From the NCBI GenBank assembly GCA_015067635.1, contig SVMA01000001.1, positions 26,913-90,912 on the forward strand: a stretch of 64,000 nucleotides of DNA. Direction: 5' to 3'. A program made the position numbers and the translations under genes. The notes under the pieces are model-generated. The model searched no databases, was not told where the DNA came from, and saw only the letters and a program-made list of their open reading frames with translations. How positions within the stretch are numbered: position 1 is the first letter of the stretch; each line of letters starts with the position of its first letter. Below, piece after piece: positions 8,712 through 18,561 of this stretch. Source of the stretch: Oscillospiraceae bacterium (GTDB taxonomy: Bacteria > Bacillota > Clostridia > Oscillospirales > Oscillospiraceae).

Positions 8712-11393
8712 ATGCTTCAAATAAGTGATATTTCCAAAACATATAAAACCGGCAATCTGGTTCAGCAGGCGTTGGATCATGTCAGCCTGAATCTGCGTGA
8801 CAATGAGTTTGTGGCCGTTTTGGGTCCCAGCGGCTCCGGCAAAACCACGCTGCTCAATATCATCGGCGGTCTGGATCGGTACGAAACCGGAAACCTGGTT
8901 ATCAACGGTGTTTCCACCAAGGATTATTCTGACCGGGATTGGGATTCCTACCGGAATCATACCATCGGCTTTGTGTTCCAAAGCTACAACCTGATTCCTC
9001 ACCAGTCCATTCTTGCCAACGTGGAGCTGGCGCTGACCATTTCCGGCTTCAGCCGGAGTGAGCGCAGAAAAAAAGCGAAGCAGGTGCTGGAGGATGTGGG
9101 CTTGGGAGATCAACTCCACAAAAAGCCCAATCAGCTCTCCGGCGGACAAATGCAGCGGGTTGCCATTGCCCGGGCACTGGTAAATGATCCGGATATCCTG
9201 TTGGCAGATGAGCCCACCGGTGCATTGGACACGGAAACCAGTCTGCAGGTAATGGAGCTGCTGAAGCAGGTGGCAAAAGACCGTCTGGTGGTAATGGTTA
9301 CCCACAATCCGGATCTTGCCGAAGCTTATGCCACCCGTATCGTCCGTCTGCGGGACGGCAAAATTACTGACGATTCCGATCCCTATCAGCCGGAAACCTA
9401 CGAAAAACCCCAGCATCGGAATCTGGGGCGCGCCTTCATGTCCTTTGGTACGGCGCTGAATCTGTCTTTTCAAAATTTACGGAGCAAAAAGGCACGTACC
9501 ATACTCACCGCCTTTGCCGGCTCTATCGGTATCATCGGCATTGGTCTGATATTGTCTCTTTCCAACGGTGTCAACAACTATATCACGGACATCCAAAGAG
9601 ACACCATGACCTCCTACCCCATTATTATTGAAGAACAGGCCATGGATTTCAGTTCCCTGATCGGCAACGGCGCGATGGCAGATCTGGAAGAAGCCGACCA
9701 CCCCTTGGACAAGGTGTATATGAACAGTATGGATCTGGAGCTGTTCTCCTCCTTCACCTCCAGTGTTACGGAAAATAATCTGACCGCCTTTAAAGAGTAT
9801 TTAGACGATCCCAACAGCCCCATTCACGCGCATATCGGACGCAACGGCATCGTCTATTCCTATGACGCACAGTTTGGGCTGTATACCTACGACTCCAACG
9901 GGGAATTGGTACGTGGCTACACCAGCCAGATTATGCCTGCCTCGCCCATGGAAAGCATGTCCATGATGAGCAACATGAATGCCTTTCAGGAGCTCCTTCC
10001 CGGCACTGCCGGTCAACTGGTTTCCCCCGCGTTGATGGAAAATTACCAGGTCCTGTTTGGCGACTGGCCGAAAACCCGGGAGGAAATTGTCCTGGTGCTC
10101 AACCAAAACAACGAAATCCCCGCATCCATGCTGTATCAGCTGGGCATCCTGCCGGCGGCGGAATATCGGGAGATTTTGCTGCAGCTGGAAGCAGGCGAAA
10201 AAATCGACCTTCCGGAGCAATCCTGGTCATATAAGGATATTTGCCAGCAGGAGTTTTATTTGCTCCCCTCGGCACTGCGCTATGTGGAGGGTCAGGACGG
10301 TCTGTTCCGGGAAATCGGCACCGATGCAGAACTGGAAAAGCAGCTGAAAAACGCACTGAAACTGACCATTTGCGGTGTCATTCGTCCCTATGAGGACAGC
10401 AATTTTACTCCCATTACCGCAAATCTTGCCTATACGCAGGCATTGACTCTCCATCTCATCGACTGGACAGAAAAAAGCCCCGTCGTGCAGGCGCAGAAGC
10501 AATCCCCGGATACCAACGTTCTCAGCGGTGTTGCCTTCATTCCTAAGGACGATGCCGCAAAAATCCAGGATGCCAAATCCTACATTGCCACTTTGGGCGT
10601 ATCTGACAAGGCAGCTCTGTTTAAGGAAATGCTCAGTCAGATTTATGCCGATAAACCCCAAATTGCAGATCAGCTTCTGGCAATGAGCGAGCCGGAATTA
10701 GCCGCCATGCTGGACAATTACCTGAAAAATCCGGAGGATTCCGTCCTGCTGTCCATTTATGACCGCTATATTTCCCCCGGCAGCTATGAGGATAATATGG
10801 AGCTCTTCGGTCTGATCAGCCTGGATGCACCGTCCGCCATCAATATCTACACCGACAGCTTCGAAGCCAAGGATGCGGTAGCTGAGTGTATTGCGGATTA
10901 CAACGAAGCCCAGAGTGATGAAAACCAAATCAACTACACCGATTATGTGGCGCTGCTCATGTCCTCGGTGACCACCATTGTCAACGTAATTTCTTACGTG
11001 CTGATTGCTTTCGTAAGCGTTTCGCTAGTGGTTTCCTCCATCATGATTGGTATTATCACCTATATTTCTGTGCTGGAACGCACCAAGGAGATCGGTATTC
11101 TGCGTGCCATCGGTGCCTCCAAGGGAAATATCTCGCTGGTATTTGATGCCGAAACCTTCATCATTGGCTTGTGCGCCGGTGGGATCGGTGTGGGCATTAC
11201 GGCACTGTTGCTGCTTCCGTGTAATGCCATCATTCATCTGCTGGTGGGCAATGACGATGTCAACGCCTCCCTGCCTCTCACTGCGGCACTGATTCTGGTG
11301 GTTTTAAGCGTAGTGCTCACCCTGATCGGCGGATGGATCCCTGCCAAAAAAGCAGCCAAAAAAGATCCTGTTACCGCCTTGCGGACAGAATAA
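8712..11393 (+). CDS. MacB/FtsX-type ABC transporter, fused ATPase-permease
   Basis: GPSGSGKT, LSGGQMQR, LADEPTG; large extracellular domain; SVLERTKEIGILRAIGA FtsX motif. Confidence 0.93.
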   Translation: MLQISDISKTYKTGNLVQQALDHVSLNLRDNEFVAVLGPSGSGKTTLLNIIGGLDRYETGNLVINGVSTKDYSDRDWDSYRNHTIGFVFQSYNLIPHQSILANVELALTISGFSRSERRKKAKQVLEDVGLGDQLHKKPNQLSGGQMQRVAIARALVNDPDILLADEPTGALDTETSLQVMELLKQVAKDRLVVMVTHNPDLAEAYATRIVRLRDGKITDDSDPYQPETYEKPQHRNLGRAFMSFGTALNLSFQNLRSKKARTILTAFAGSIGIIGIGLILSLSNGVNNYITDIQRDTMTSYPIIIEEQAMDFSSLIGNGAMADLEEADHPLDKVYMNSMDLELFSSFTSSVTENNLTAFKEYLDDPNSPIHAHIGRNGIVYSYDAQFGLYTYDSNGELVRGYTSQIMPASPMESMSMMSNMNAFQELLPGTAGQLVSPALMENYQVLFGDWPKTREEIVLVLNQNNEIPASMLYQLGILPAAEYREILLQLEAGEKIDLPEQSWSYKDICQQEFYLLPSALRYVEGQDGLFREIGTDAELEKQLKNALKLTICGVIRPYEDSNFTPITANLAYTQALTLHLIDWTEKSPVVQAQKQSPDTNVLSGVAFIPKDDAAKIQDAKSYIATLGVSDKAALFKEMLSQIYADKPQIADQLLAMSEPELAAMLDNYLKNPEDSVLLSIYDRYISPGSYEDNMELFGLISLDAPSAINIYTDSFEAKDAVAECIADYNEAQSDENQINYTDYVALLMSSVTTIVNVISYVLIAFVSVSLVVSSIMIGIITYISVLERTKEIGILRAIGASKGNISLVFDAETFIIGLCAGGIGVGITALLLLPCNAIIHLLVGNDDVNASLPLTAALILVVLSVVLTLIGGWIPAKKAAKKDPVTALRTE

Positions 11394-11475
11394 TCCCTGC
11401 AGTTACCGTTATGGAGCGGCAGAAATGCCGCCCCATAGTTTACGAAAACCGCCGGAATTTAACGAGAAATAACAG

Positions 11476-11504
11476 TTGAAATTCCCGGGAGTCTTTGGTA
11501 TAAT
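11476..11504 (+). promoter_or_regulatory. Sigma-A promoter of tRNA-Gly
   Basis: TTGAAA-17 bp-TATAAT with extended TG. Confidence 0.75.
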
Positions 11505-11517
11505 ACCCTTGTTCTCC

Positions 11518-11591
11518 GCGGGTATAGTTCATCGGTAGAATGCGACCTTCCCAAGGTTGAGAGGTGGGTTCGATTCCCATTACCCGCTCCA
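11518..11591 (+). tRNA. tRNA-Gly (CCC)
   Basis: Acceptor GCGGGTA/TACCCGC, anticodon arm CGACC-TTCCCAA-GGTTG, GGTTCGATTCC T-arm, encoded CCA. Confidence 0.97.
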
Positions 11592-11700
11592 TAAAGAAAA
11601 CCACCCAAAAGGGTGGTTTTCTTTATGGAGCGTGATGCGGAATCAAAAGGGCGGCACCGGCATGAAGGCCGGTGCAAAAAGTGTCCGGTGGACACTTTTT
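11585..11700. repeat. tRNA-overlapping inverted repeat plus two palindromes
   Basis: 22-bp perfect IR 11585-11606/11611-11632, then GCACCGGC/GCCGGTGC and AAAAAGTGTCC-GGT-GGACACTTTTT. Confidence 0.8.
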
Positions 11701-11778
11701 TTATCATAATCTTCTTGTCTTTTTGCCCGGAGAGTGCTATACTTTTTACAGAGAACCCGAACATAGGAGAGACTTGAA

Positions 11779-13395
11779 ATGAAAAAGTTTTTGGCTGTCA
11801 CCTTTGCTGTGCTGATGGCTTTTCAGTTATTTGCCTGTAAGGCAAATCCAGTGGATGCGGACTTGCCTATCTGGGTGCCTTCCGTCCCCATTCACACAAC
11901 CGCACCAACACAGCCGTCCACGCAAGCGACAGCTTCAACGGACGCGGGTACGGTGTCCACTGTTCCGCCCACCGCGGCAACAAAGCCCACAACGGCTCCC
12001 ACTGTACCGCCAACCACCCTTCCGCCTTCCACTGCTCCGGGGACGACAGCTCCACAGCCCACTGAGCCTGAGCCGACTGTACCAGCACCGCCACAGCCGC
12101 AATTTACCACAACAGCTTTCCCCAATTCTCTGAAAAAGGACGGTCCTCTCACAACCAAGGGTCTGCCCTCGGTGGGAAGCCCCAAGCTGTTGGTCATTCC
12201 GGTAAATCTGGACAATTCCAAGAAGACTTCAGCGGCGCTCAATGACATCAAAACCGCCTTTACCGGCACGGAGCAAAGCACCGGCTGGCAGAGTGTGGAA
12301 TCTTATTATTCCACCAGCTCCTACGGAAAATTAAATCTGGATTGCGTCGTTTTGGACGAATGGTTTACTCCCTCCCGTACCGCATCCGAGTACGAAAGTT
12401 ACTACGATGAAGAGAACGACGCAGACGGCAGTATTTTGATCCTGCGGGAAGCTCTGGCATATTACGAAAGCAAGCTGGATTTCAACGACTACGATTACGA
12501 TAAGGATGGATATATTGACTCCGTCTGGCTGGTCTATAACTGCGATGTGGACTATGAAAGCGACGATTCTTTGTATTGGGCCTTCGTTTCCTGGGAATAT
12601 GAGGAAACCACCTATGACGGCTTAAAGGCCTATAATTATGCCTTTGCCGGAACGGATTTCATGCACGAGGATACCGATATGTACCCCACCGAGGATATCC
12701 TTGTGGATTCCCATACCTATGTCCACGAAACCGCCCATTTGATGGGCGTGGATGATTACTACGACTATGACAGTAAGCACGGACCTCAGGGCGGAACTTA
12801 CAGCGCAGACATGATGGACAGCACCCTGGGTGACCACGGCGTGATCACAAAACTGCTGTTGGGCTGGGTCAGTCCTACCGTTGTCACAGGGACCGGCACG
12901 GGAAATTATTCTCTGTCCAGCTTCACTACCACCGGTGATTTCCTGCTGGTATCGGATCATGAAATCACTTCCATATATGATGAGTATTTCTTAATTGAGT
13001 TCTATACCAACGATGGCTTGAACGCCAACGATTCCCCCATTTTGGATGATAAGTACGAGGTGGCCGAGGGAATCCGAATCATGCACGTGGATGCGCGGAT
13101 ATGCTACAATTTCAAAGGAGAGATCGACTGGAATGAGGGAGATTCCTATTCCACCGGCTTCCTGTATGACAATTCGGACACCGGCAAGCTGTTCCAAAAT
13201 AATCTCCGCGCCGATTACAGCACCAAAATGGAAGAATATCTCTATCCGGAAAGTCTGTATCGGGACGGCAGTGTGGTCTTTGGAGAAGATATCTGGCAAA
13301 AGCATCGGTATCACAGCGGCTCTGCTCTGAATTTTACTCTGGAGGTTTTGGATATCCAAAACGATCTGTGCCAATTTGAAATTACACTACATTGA
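11779..13395 (+). CDS. M6-family (immune inhibitor A-like) zinc metalloprotease lipoprotein
   Basis: Lipobox LFAC, Pro/Thr linker, SSYGKLNL, DYDKDGYID, HETAHLMGVDDYYD zinc motif, DMMD Met-turn. Confidence 0.87.
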   Translation: MKKFLAVTFAVLMAFQLFACKANPVDADLPIWVPSVPIHTTAPTQPSTQATASTDAGTVSTVPPTAATKPTTAPTVPPTTLPPSTAPGTTAPQPTEPEPTVPAPPQPQFTTTAFPNSLKKDGPLTTKGLPSVGSPKLLVIPVNLDNSKKTSAALNDIKTAFTGTEQSTGWQSVESYYSTSSYGKLNLDCVVLDEWFTPSRTASEYESYYDEENDADGSILILREALAYYESKLDFNDYDYDKDGYIDSVWLVYNCDVDYESDDSLYWAFVSWEYEETTYDGLKAYNYAFAGTDFMHEDTDMYPTEDILVDSHTYVHETAHLMGVDDYYDYDSKHGPQGGTYSADMMDSTLGDHGVITKLLLGWVSPTVVTGTGTGNYSLSSFTTTGDFLLVSDHEITSIYDEYFLIEFYTNDGLNANDSPILDDKYEVAEGIRIMHVDARICYNFKGEIDWNEGDSYSTGFLYDNSDTGKLFQNNLRADYSTKMEEYLYPESLYRDGSVVFGEDIWQKHRYHSGSALNFTLEVLDIQNDLCQFEITLH

Positions 13396-13397
13396 TA

Positions 13398-13429
13398 AAA
13401 ACCCCTGCGGTTTACACCGCAGGGGTTTT
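13398..13429. terminator. Bidirectional intrinsic terminator
   Basis: AAAACCCCTGCGGT...ACCGCAGGGGTTTT between convergent genes. Confidence 0.85.
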
Positions 13430-13433
13430 CTTT

Positions 13434-14171
13434 TTATTCCTGATCCCAGTTGTGCCAGATGTTCTGCACGTCGTCGTCATCTTCCATAACGTCGATGAGC
13501 TTTTCCATCAACTTGATGTGTTCCTCAGATTCCAGCTTCTGGTAGTTCTGGGGCACCATTTCAATCTGGGCGGACACAAAGGTGTACTTTTTGTCGCCCA
13601 TGGCCTCTGCCACCGCGTTAAAATCATCGGGGGTGGTATAAACCGTGAATACGTCGCCGTCTGCCTCAAAGTCATCGGCACCGCAATCCATGGCATCCAT
13701 CATAACGGTATCCTCGTCATAATCCCCTTCTTCGTTGTCAATGACCAGCACGCCCTTTTTATCGAAGGACCAGCTGACACAGCCGGATGCACCCAGGTTG
13801 CCGCCATACTTATCAAAGTGGTGACGCATGGAGCCGGCAGTACGGTTGCGGTTATCGGTCATGGTTTCTACAATAACCGCCACACCGCCGGGGCCATAAC
13901 CCTCATAGGTGATGGTTTCATAGCTGTCACCGCCACCGGCACCGGCGGCCTTTTCCAGACAGCGCTTGATGTTATCATTGGGCATATTTGCCGCTTTTGC
14001 CTTAGTGATGACGGTAGCCAGACGGGAATTGTTGGCAGGATCTGTGATTCCGCCGCCTTCCTTCACCGCCACGATCAGTTCCTTTGCAATTTTTGTAAAG
14101 GCCGCCGCACGCTTTGCATCCTGTGCGCCTTTGGTTTTTTGAATATTATGCCATTTGGAATGTCCGGACAT
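13434..14171 (-). CDS. yebC: YebC/PmpR family protein
   Basis: MSGHSKWHNI, YEGYGPGG, TDNRNRT, DDDVQNIWHN. Confidence 0.96.
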   Translation of the reverse strand: MSGHSKWHNIQKTKGAQDAKRAAAFTKIAKELIVAVKEGGGITDPANNSRLATVITKAKAANMPNDNIKRCLEKAAGAGGGDSYETITYEGYGPGGVAVIVETMTDNRNRTAGSMRHHFDKYGGNLGASGCVSWSFDKKGVLVIDNEEGDYDEDTVMMDAMDCGADDFEADGDVFTVYTTPDDFNAVAEAMGDKKYTFVSAQIEMVPQNYQKLESEEHIKLMEKLIDVMEDDDDVQNIWHNWDQE

Positions 14172-14235
14172 ACGTATCTTCCTTCCTCTGTCTTCTGAAA
14201 TTTCGGGTATATTTTAGCAGATTTTTCGCAAAAAA

Positions 14236-15024
14236 TCAATAGAATTTCATGCACTCTGCGTGTTTCTTGGACAAAATCACTTCCAATTCCGGAAAAGCGG
14301 CGGAAATTTTGTCTGCCAAGACCTTCATGGCGGGATTTTCCGTATGGAAATGCCCGGCATCGATGACGTTCATGCCCAGTTCGTAAGCGGTACGGAACTG
14401 GTTATACTTAATGTCCGCCGTAACGAAGGTATCGCAGCCGGCATAGTAAGCATCCATCATATCCGAAGCACAGGAGCCTCCTCCCACAGCTACCCGATGC
14501 ACCTGACGATTGCCACTTACATACCGCAATCCGTCACAGCCCAGCGCGGCCTTGACGGTTGCAAGGAAAATATCCAGTTCCTGCTGAGGAACCGTGCCCA
14601 TACGCAGCAGACCGTAAGGACGCCCCTGCAGATCCGTACCCATGGGATTGACTACGGAAATTTCACAAAGTCCCAGGGTTTCTGCCAAAACATCATTAAT
14701 GCCGCCGGGAGCACAGTCCAAATTTGTGTGGGCGTTGATGTGGGCAATGCCGTTTTCCAAAAGGGTCATTACATTTTTGCCCCAAACAGTCTGGTCGTTG
14801 ACAAAACCACCCTCCCAAATCAGAGCATGGTGGGTAATGAGGAGTTGGGCACCCAACGCTTTGGCCTCGTTGACCGCTTCGTCAAAGGGATCCAGGGCAA
14901 GCAAAATTTTCGTTACGGGTGCATCAGAATGACCGCAATTCAGCCCGATATGATCCCATTCGTATTTCATATAGGCCGGGGCAACAGTCTCGATAAAATC
15001 CAGAATATTTTGTACAGTTGTCAT
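14236..15024 (-). CDS. Nif3-like dinuclear metal-centre protein
   Basis: WDHIGL, THH, HTNLD, DAGHFHTE. Confidence 0.93.
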   Translation of the reverse strand: MTTVQNILDFIETVAPAYMKYEWDHIGLNCGHSDAPVTKILLALDPFDEAVNEAKALGAQLLITHHALIWEGGFVNDQTVWGKNVMTLLENGIAHINAHTNLDCAPGGINDVLAETLGLCEISVVNPMGTDLQGRPYGLLRMGTVPQQELDIFLATVKAALGCDGLRYVSGNRQVHRVAVGGGSCASDMMDAYYAGCDTFVTADIKYNQFRTAYELGMNVIDAGHFHTENPAMKVLADKISAAFPELEVILSKKHAECMKFY

Positions 15025-15055
15025 AAGGCTTTTCCTTTCTTGTCCCTCCCGGGGA

Positions 15056-15712
15056 TTATTGTAAGCTTTCCAGCTCTGTTAGCGCCTGTTTCTTTTCCGG
15101 GTCATCCCGGTGGGCAACAGCAAGACGCAGACCGTCGATAATGCGCCGGCAGTATTCTTTCGTCTCCGGACAGGAATTTTCCAACAGCGCGGGGGAAATG
15201 TACCATCCGCCGACGCTCAGCCGGGAACTGCCCGGCGCCCACAACACTTCCATGACCGTATAAAGAAATCTGCCGTCCTTAAGTACGGATTCCTTGGCTA
15301 TGCTCCACCCGTTTTCTGACAAATATCGCCGCAGAAGCGGTGTTTTGCTCTGACATTGCAGGATCAGGCGGTAGCGATCGCTTTTCAGCCAGGGTGCGGC
15401 AGACAAAATGGATATCATCGTATCTGCCCCCATGCCGGCACAGATCAGGGTATCAAAGTCCCGGGGAATCCCGGCCACACCATCAGAAAGATAAAAGGTC
15501 ATCTTATTTGTCACGCCGTACTTTTCTGCATTGCGGCGGGCGCTTTGCAGAGGACCTTCGTTGATATCCGATGCAATTACCCGCTTGGCGATACCCTCAG
15601 TCAGCAGATAGATGCCGAGATACCCGTGGTCACAGCCCACATCCGCTACCACATCATCGGGGCGGATATACGCAGCACAGGCCAGTAGCCGTTTGGAAAC
15701 AGGCAGGTTCAT
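15056..15712 (-). CDS. trmK: tRNA (adenine22-N1)-methyltransferase
   Basis: SKRL, ADVGCDHGYL, DINEGP, SDG, AGMG; usual position next to nif3. Confidence 0.88.
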   Translation of the reverse strand: MNLPVSKRLLACAAYIRPDDVVADVGCDHGYLGIYLLTEGIAKRVIASDINEGPLQSARRNAEKYGVTNKMTFYLSDGVAGIPRDFDTLICAGMGADTMISILSAAPWLKSDRYRLILQCQSKTPLLRRYLSENGWSIAKESVLKDGRFLYTVMEVLWAPGSSRLSVGGWYISPALLENSCPETKEYCRRIIDGLRLAVAHRDDPEKKQALTELESLQ

Positions 15713-15810
15713 AAAGTAACCTCCGAAATTTACGAAATCCCATACGCCCTCCCCCGGGGGAAGGGCTTAAAAAATGCCATCCCGGCAAATTCGGGATGGC
15801 ATAGCCGGTT

Positions 15811-16044
15811 TTACTGGTTCTTCTCTGCCTGGTCAGCCTCATAGGCTTCCAGGAAGTGATTGAGCTGTGCCAGGAAGGGCTCGCACTCAATGCCGTGTAC
15901 CATGCAGGCTTCCTCTACGGTTTCTCCACGGGCAGAGGGACAGCCCAGACAATGCATGCCGATGGCAAAGAACAGCGGAGCTGCCTGAGGCGCAATATCC
16001 AGAACATCACCGATAATGGTGTCTTTTTCAATTTTTACAGCCAT
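15811..16044 (-). CDS. DUF1858-type small redox-disulfide protein
   Basis: GMHCLGCPSARGETVEEACMVHG; start MAVKIE behind GGAGGT. Confidence 0.88.
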   Translation of the reverse strand: MAVKIEKDTIIGDVLDIAPQAAPLFFAIGMHCLGCPSARGETVEEACMVHGIECEPFLAQLNHFLEAYEADQAEKNQ

Positions 16045-16240
16045 AATATGACCTCCTATCACATTTCTTTGCATATTATAACCCCTACTGCTCGAAAAAA
16101 CAAGAGGGCGGCAGAATTTTTCTTTATTGCCAGAAAAACGGATATTTCGCTGAAAAAGATTTTCTTTCGACGGCTTTCCCTCTCTTTCGCGAGGCAGATA
16201 TGCTAGGATGGCAAAAACCGAAAAAAGCGAGGGGATTTCT

Positions 16241-16558
16241 ATGTTAGGCACACGCATTGCATCTTTACGTCTAAGCCATGGCTTGAGCCAGGCAGAGCTG
16301 GCAAAGCGCCTGCACATCAGCACCAGCGCTGTTGGAATGTACGAACAGGGTCGGCGGGAACCGTCTGTCAGCATTTTGGTGGCGCTGTCCAGGGAATTTG
16401 GCGTTTCCCTGGATTATTTGCTGTCCGGCAAGCCGGATTCCGTGCAGGATGTGGCGGCTCTGCACAATATGCTGCAGAACGGCTTGTCGCAACCGGTAAC
16501 GCCGTCCATGGGCAAGGAAGAAATGATTGTGCATCTTCTTTGGGCTTTATTGGAATAG
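16241..16558 (+). CDS. XRE-family HTH regulator
   Basis: LSQAELAKRL...AVGMYEQGRREP...FGVSLDYLL; GAGGGG SD before ATG 16241. Confidence 0.88.
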   Translation: MLGTRIASLRLSHGLSQAELAKRLHISTSAVGMYEQGRREPSVSILVALSREFGVSLDYLLSGKPDSVQDVAALHNMLQNGLSQPVTPSMGKEEMIVHLLWALLE

Positions 16559-16616
16559 CGTAACTGCAAAAGCTTTATTCGAAAGCAGAAAAAAGTAAAA
16601 ATGTCTAAAAAACAGG

Positions 16617-16656
16617 TTGAATTTCTGCGTCATATATGATACGATATACTCGTATC
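16617..16656 (+). promoter_or_regulatory. Probable promoter of metF-acs operon with overlapping inverted repeat
   Basis: TTGAAT-17 bp-TACGAT (TG-extended); GATACGA-N5-TCGTATC at 16638-16656. Confidence 0.5.
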
Positions 16657-16729
16657 GATATGGGCGCAGTGCGCCCTAATTTAACGATAATTTTTGCAAG
16701 CAATATTCTAATCAGGAGGAAAAGAAAGC

Positions 16730-17659
16730 ATGAGCGTAATGGACATTTTGGATGAACGCAGTGCGTTCTCCTTTGAGGTGTTCCCCCCCAAGACCGATGT
16801 GGGCATGGAAAAGCTGTGCGGTGAAGGCGGTGTGTTGGAGCAGCTGTACACGCTGAATCCCGACTACATTTCCTGTACTTACGGCGCCGGTGGCACCAAC
16901 GTGGGCAAAAATCTGGAGGTTCTGGATAAGATCGTCAAGGACGGCAAGACCACCGGTGTGACCCACTTTACCTGTATCGGCAATACCAAGGAAGGTATCC
17001 GCCAGCAGTTGCAGAACTATCTGGACCACGGCATTAACCACATGCTGGCCCTGCGGGGCGATCTGCCCTTTGGCTGGACCGGTACCGGCGGTGACCTGCA
17101 CTATGCCACCGAGTTGGTCAAGTTTGCCCGCAAGGAATTCGGAGATAAGTTCACCATTGCTGTGGCCGGTTCTCCCGAAGGACACATTCAGTGCCGCAGT
17201 CTGGAAGCCGATATTGCTTTCCTGAAGCAGAAGCAGGACAATGGTGCTGACTATATCATGACCCAGTTGTGCTGGGATATGGATCAGTTCCGCTACTGGC
17301 TGGATGCGATCCGTGCCGCCGGTGTTTGGATGCCTGTGGACGTGGGTATCATGCCCATTCTGGACATGAAGGCAACCATCAACATGGCTCTGTCCCGCAA
17401 TGGCTGTGTCATGCCCAGAGCTTTGTGCGAGATCATTTCCAAGAACTGGATCTTCCCCGATCCCTTCTGTGCCGAACCCTTCGATGCAGACGTGGCAGGC
17501 AAGAAGGCCGCCTTCCGGGAAGCCGGTATCGAATATACCATCAAGCAGATTGACGAATACCGCGCCTGCGGCATCAACGGCATCCACCTGTACGCACTGA
17601 ACAAGTTTGATGACGTTGCCCTGATCGCCCGGGAAGCCGGCTTGTTGGATCTGGTGTAA
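16730..17659 (+). CDS. metF: Methylenetetrahydrofolate reductase
   Basis: SFEVFPPK, TYGAGG, HFTC, LALRGD, PEGH, GIHLYALN. Confidence 0.93.
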   Translation: MSVMDILDERSAFSFEVFPPKTDVGMEKLCGEGGVLEQLYTLNPDYISCTYGAGGTNVGKNLEVLDKIVKDGKTTGVTHFTCIGNTKEGIRQQLQNYLDHGINHMLALRGDLPFGWTGTGGDLHYATELVKFARKEFGDKFTIAVAGSPEGHIQCRSLEADIAFLKQKQDNGADYIMTQLCWDMDQFRYWLDAIRAAGVWMPVDVGIMPILDMKATINMALSRNGCVMPRALCEIISKNWIFPDPFCAEPFDADVAGKKAAFREAGIEYTIKQIDEYRACGINGIHLYALNKFDDVALIAREAGLLDLV

Positions 17660-17671
17660 TTTTAATTATAT

Positions 17672-17720
17672 TGTAGGGGCGACCATCGGTCGTCCGCGGA
17701 CGGGCGACGACTCCCCTACA
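17672..17720. repeat. GTAG-type REP-like palindrome
   Basis: TGTAGGGGCGA...CTCCCCTACA ends in metF-cooC spacer. Confidence 0.65.
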
Positions 17721-17746
17721 TTCTTTCATTTAAGGAGCAAATATCT

Positions 17747-18517
17747 ATGGCAATACCACATACCATCGCCGTTGCCGGTAAGGGCGGCGTGGGAAAAACA
17801 ACCACCTGTGGCATGCTGATCGACTACCTGTGCAAAAAGGGCAACGGCCCGGTGCTGGTGGTGGACGCAGATGCCAACTCCAACCTGAACGAGGTTTTAG
17901 GTGTGGAGGTGGAAACCTCTCTCGGTGCCATCCGTGAAGAAATGGCACAGGCGGAGATGAAAGGCTCCATCCCCGCCGGAATGACCAAAGCAGACTATGC
18001 AGATTTCAAATTCAACTCTGCCATCATTGAAGAGGATGACTTTGATATGCTGGTTATGGGCCGCACCCAGGGTAAGGGCTGCTATTGCTATGTCAACGGC
18101 GTGCTGAAAACCCAGGTGGATAAATACGCAAAAAATTACAGCTACATCGTCATGGATAATGAGGCCGGTCTGGAGCATGTGGCCCGGGGAACCCTTCCCC
18201 ATGTGGACACCATGTTGCTGATTTCCGACTGTTCCCGCCGGGGCATTCAGGCAGTCGCCCGCATTGCCGAAATGGTGGAGGAAATGAACCTCCGGCCCGG
18301 TCAGATGGGACTCATTGTCAACCGTGCGCCGGGTGGCATGCTGGACGATGGCGTAAAAGAGGAAATTGAAAAGCACGGACTGAAGCTCTTCGGCGTTCTT
18401 CCCCATGATGACGCGGTTTACCGCTGCGACTGCGACGGCGAACCCTCTTCCAAGCTGCCGGACAATTCCCCCATTAAGCTTGCCCTGAAGGGCATTGCCC
18501 AGTCTATAGGACTGTAA
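17747..18517 (+). CDS. cooC: CooC/AcsF nickel-insertion ATPase
   Basis: AGKGGVGKT, DADANSNL, GCYC, DNEAGLEH. Confidence 0.92.
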   Translation: MAIPHTIAVAGKGGVGKTTTCGMLIDYLCKKGNGPVLVVDADANSNLNEVLGVEVETSLGAIREEMAQAEMKGSIPAGMTKADYADFKFNSAIIEEDDFDMLVMGRTQGKGCYCYVNGVLKTQVDKYAKNYSYIVMDNEAGLEHVARGTLPHVDTMLLISDCSRRGIQAVARIAEMVEEMNLRPGQMGLIVNRAPGGMLDDGVKEEIEKHGLKLFGVLPHDDAVYRCDCDGEPSSKLPDNSPIKLALKGIAQSIGL

Positions 18518-18561
18518 CAACATTATTAAAATATTTATTATTTTTAAGGAGGATATACCCT

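Noticed and set aside
7521-9473. 650-aa minus-strand ORF
   Set aside because: Overlaps two well-supported plus-strand genes; shadow frame
11890-12110. Repetitive Pro/Thr-coding DNA (also about 27030-27130 and 59400-59540)
   Set aside because: Protein linkers, not CRISPR or tandem DNA repeats; no constant repeat-spacer period
11518-13430. Genomic island integrated at tRNA-Gly
   Set aside because: No integrase and no direct repeat of the tRNA 3' end found by eye
15811-16374. Extended ORF-track starts (DUF1858 187 aa; also purC, purD, prmA, MoxR, DUF4015-like)
   Set aside because: Downstream ATGs have clear SD sequences and match family N-termini; starts were trimmed
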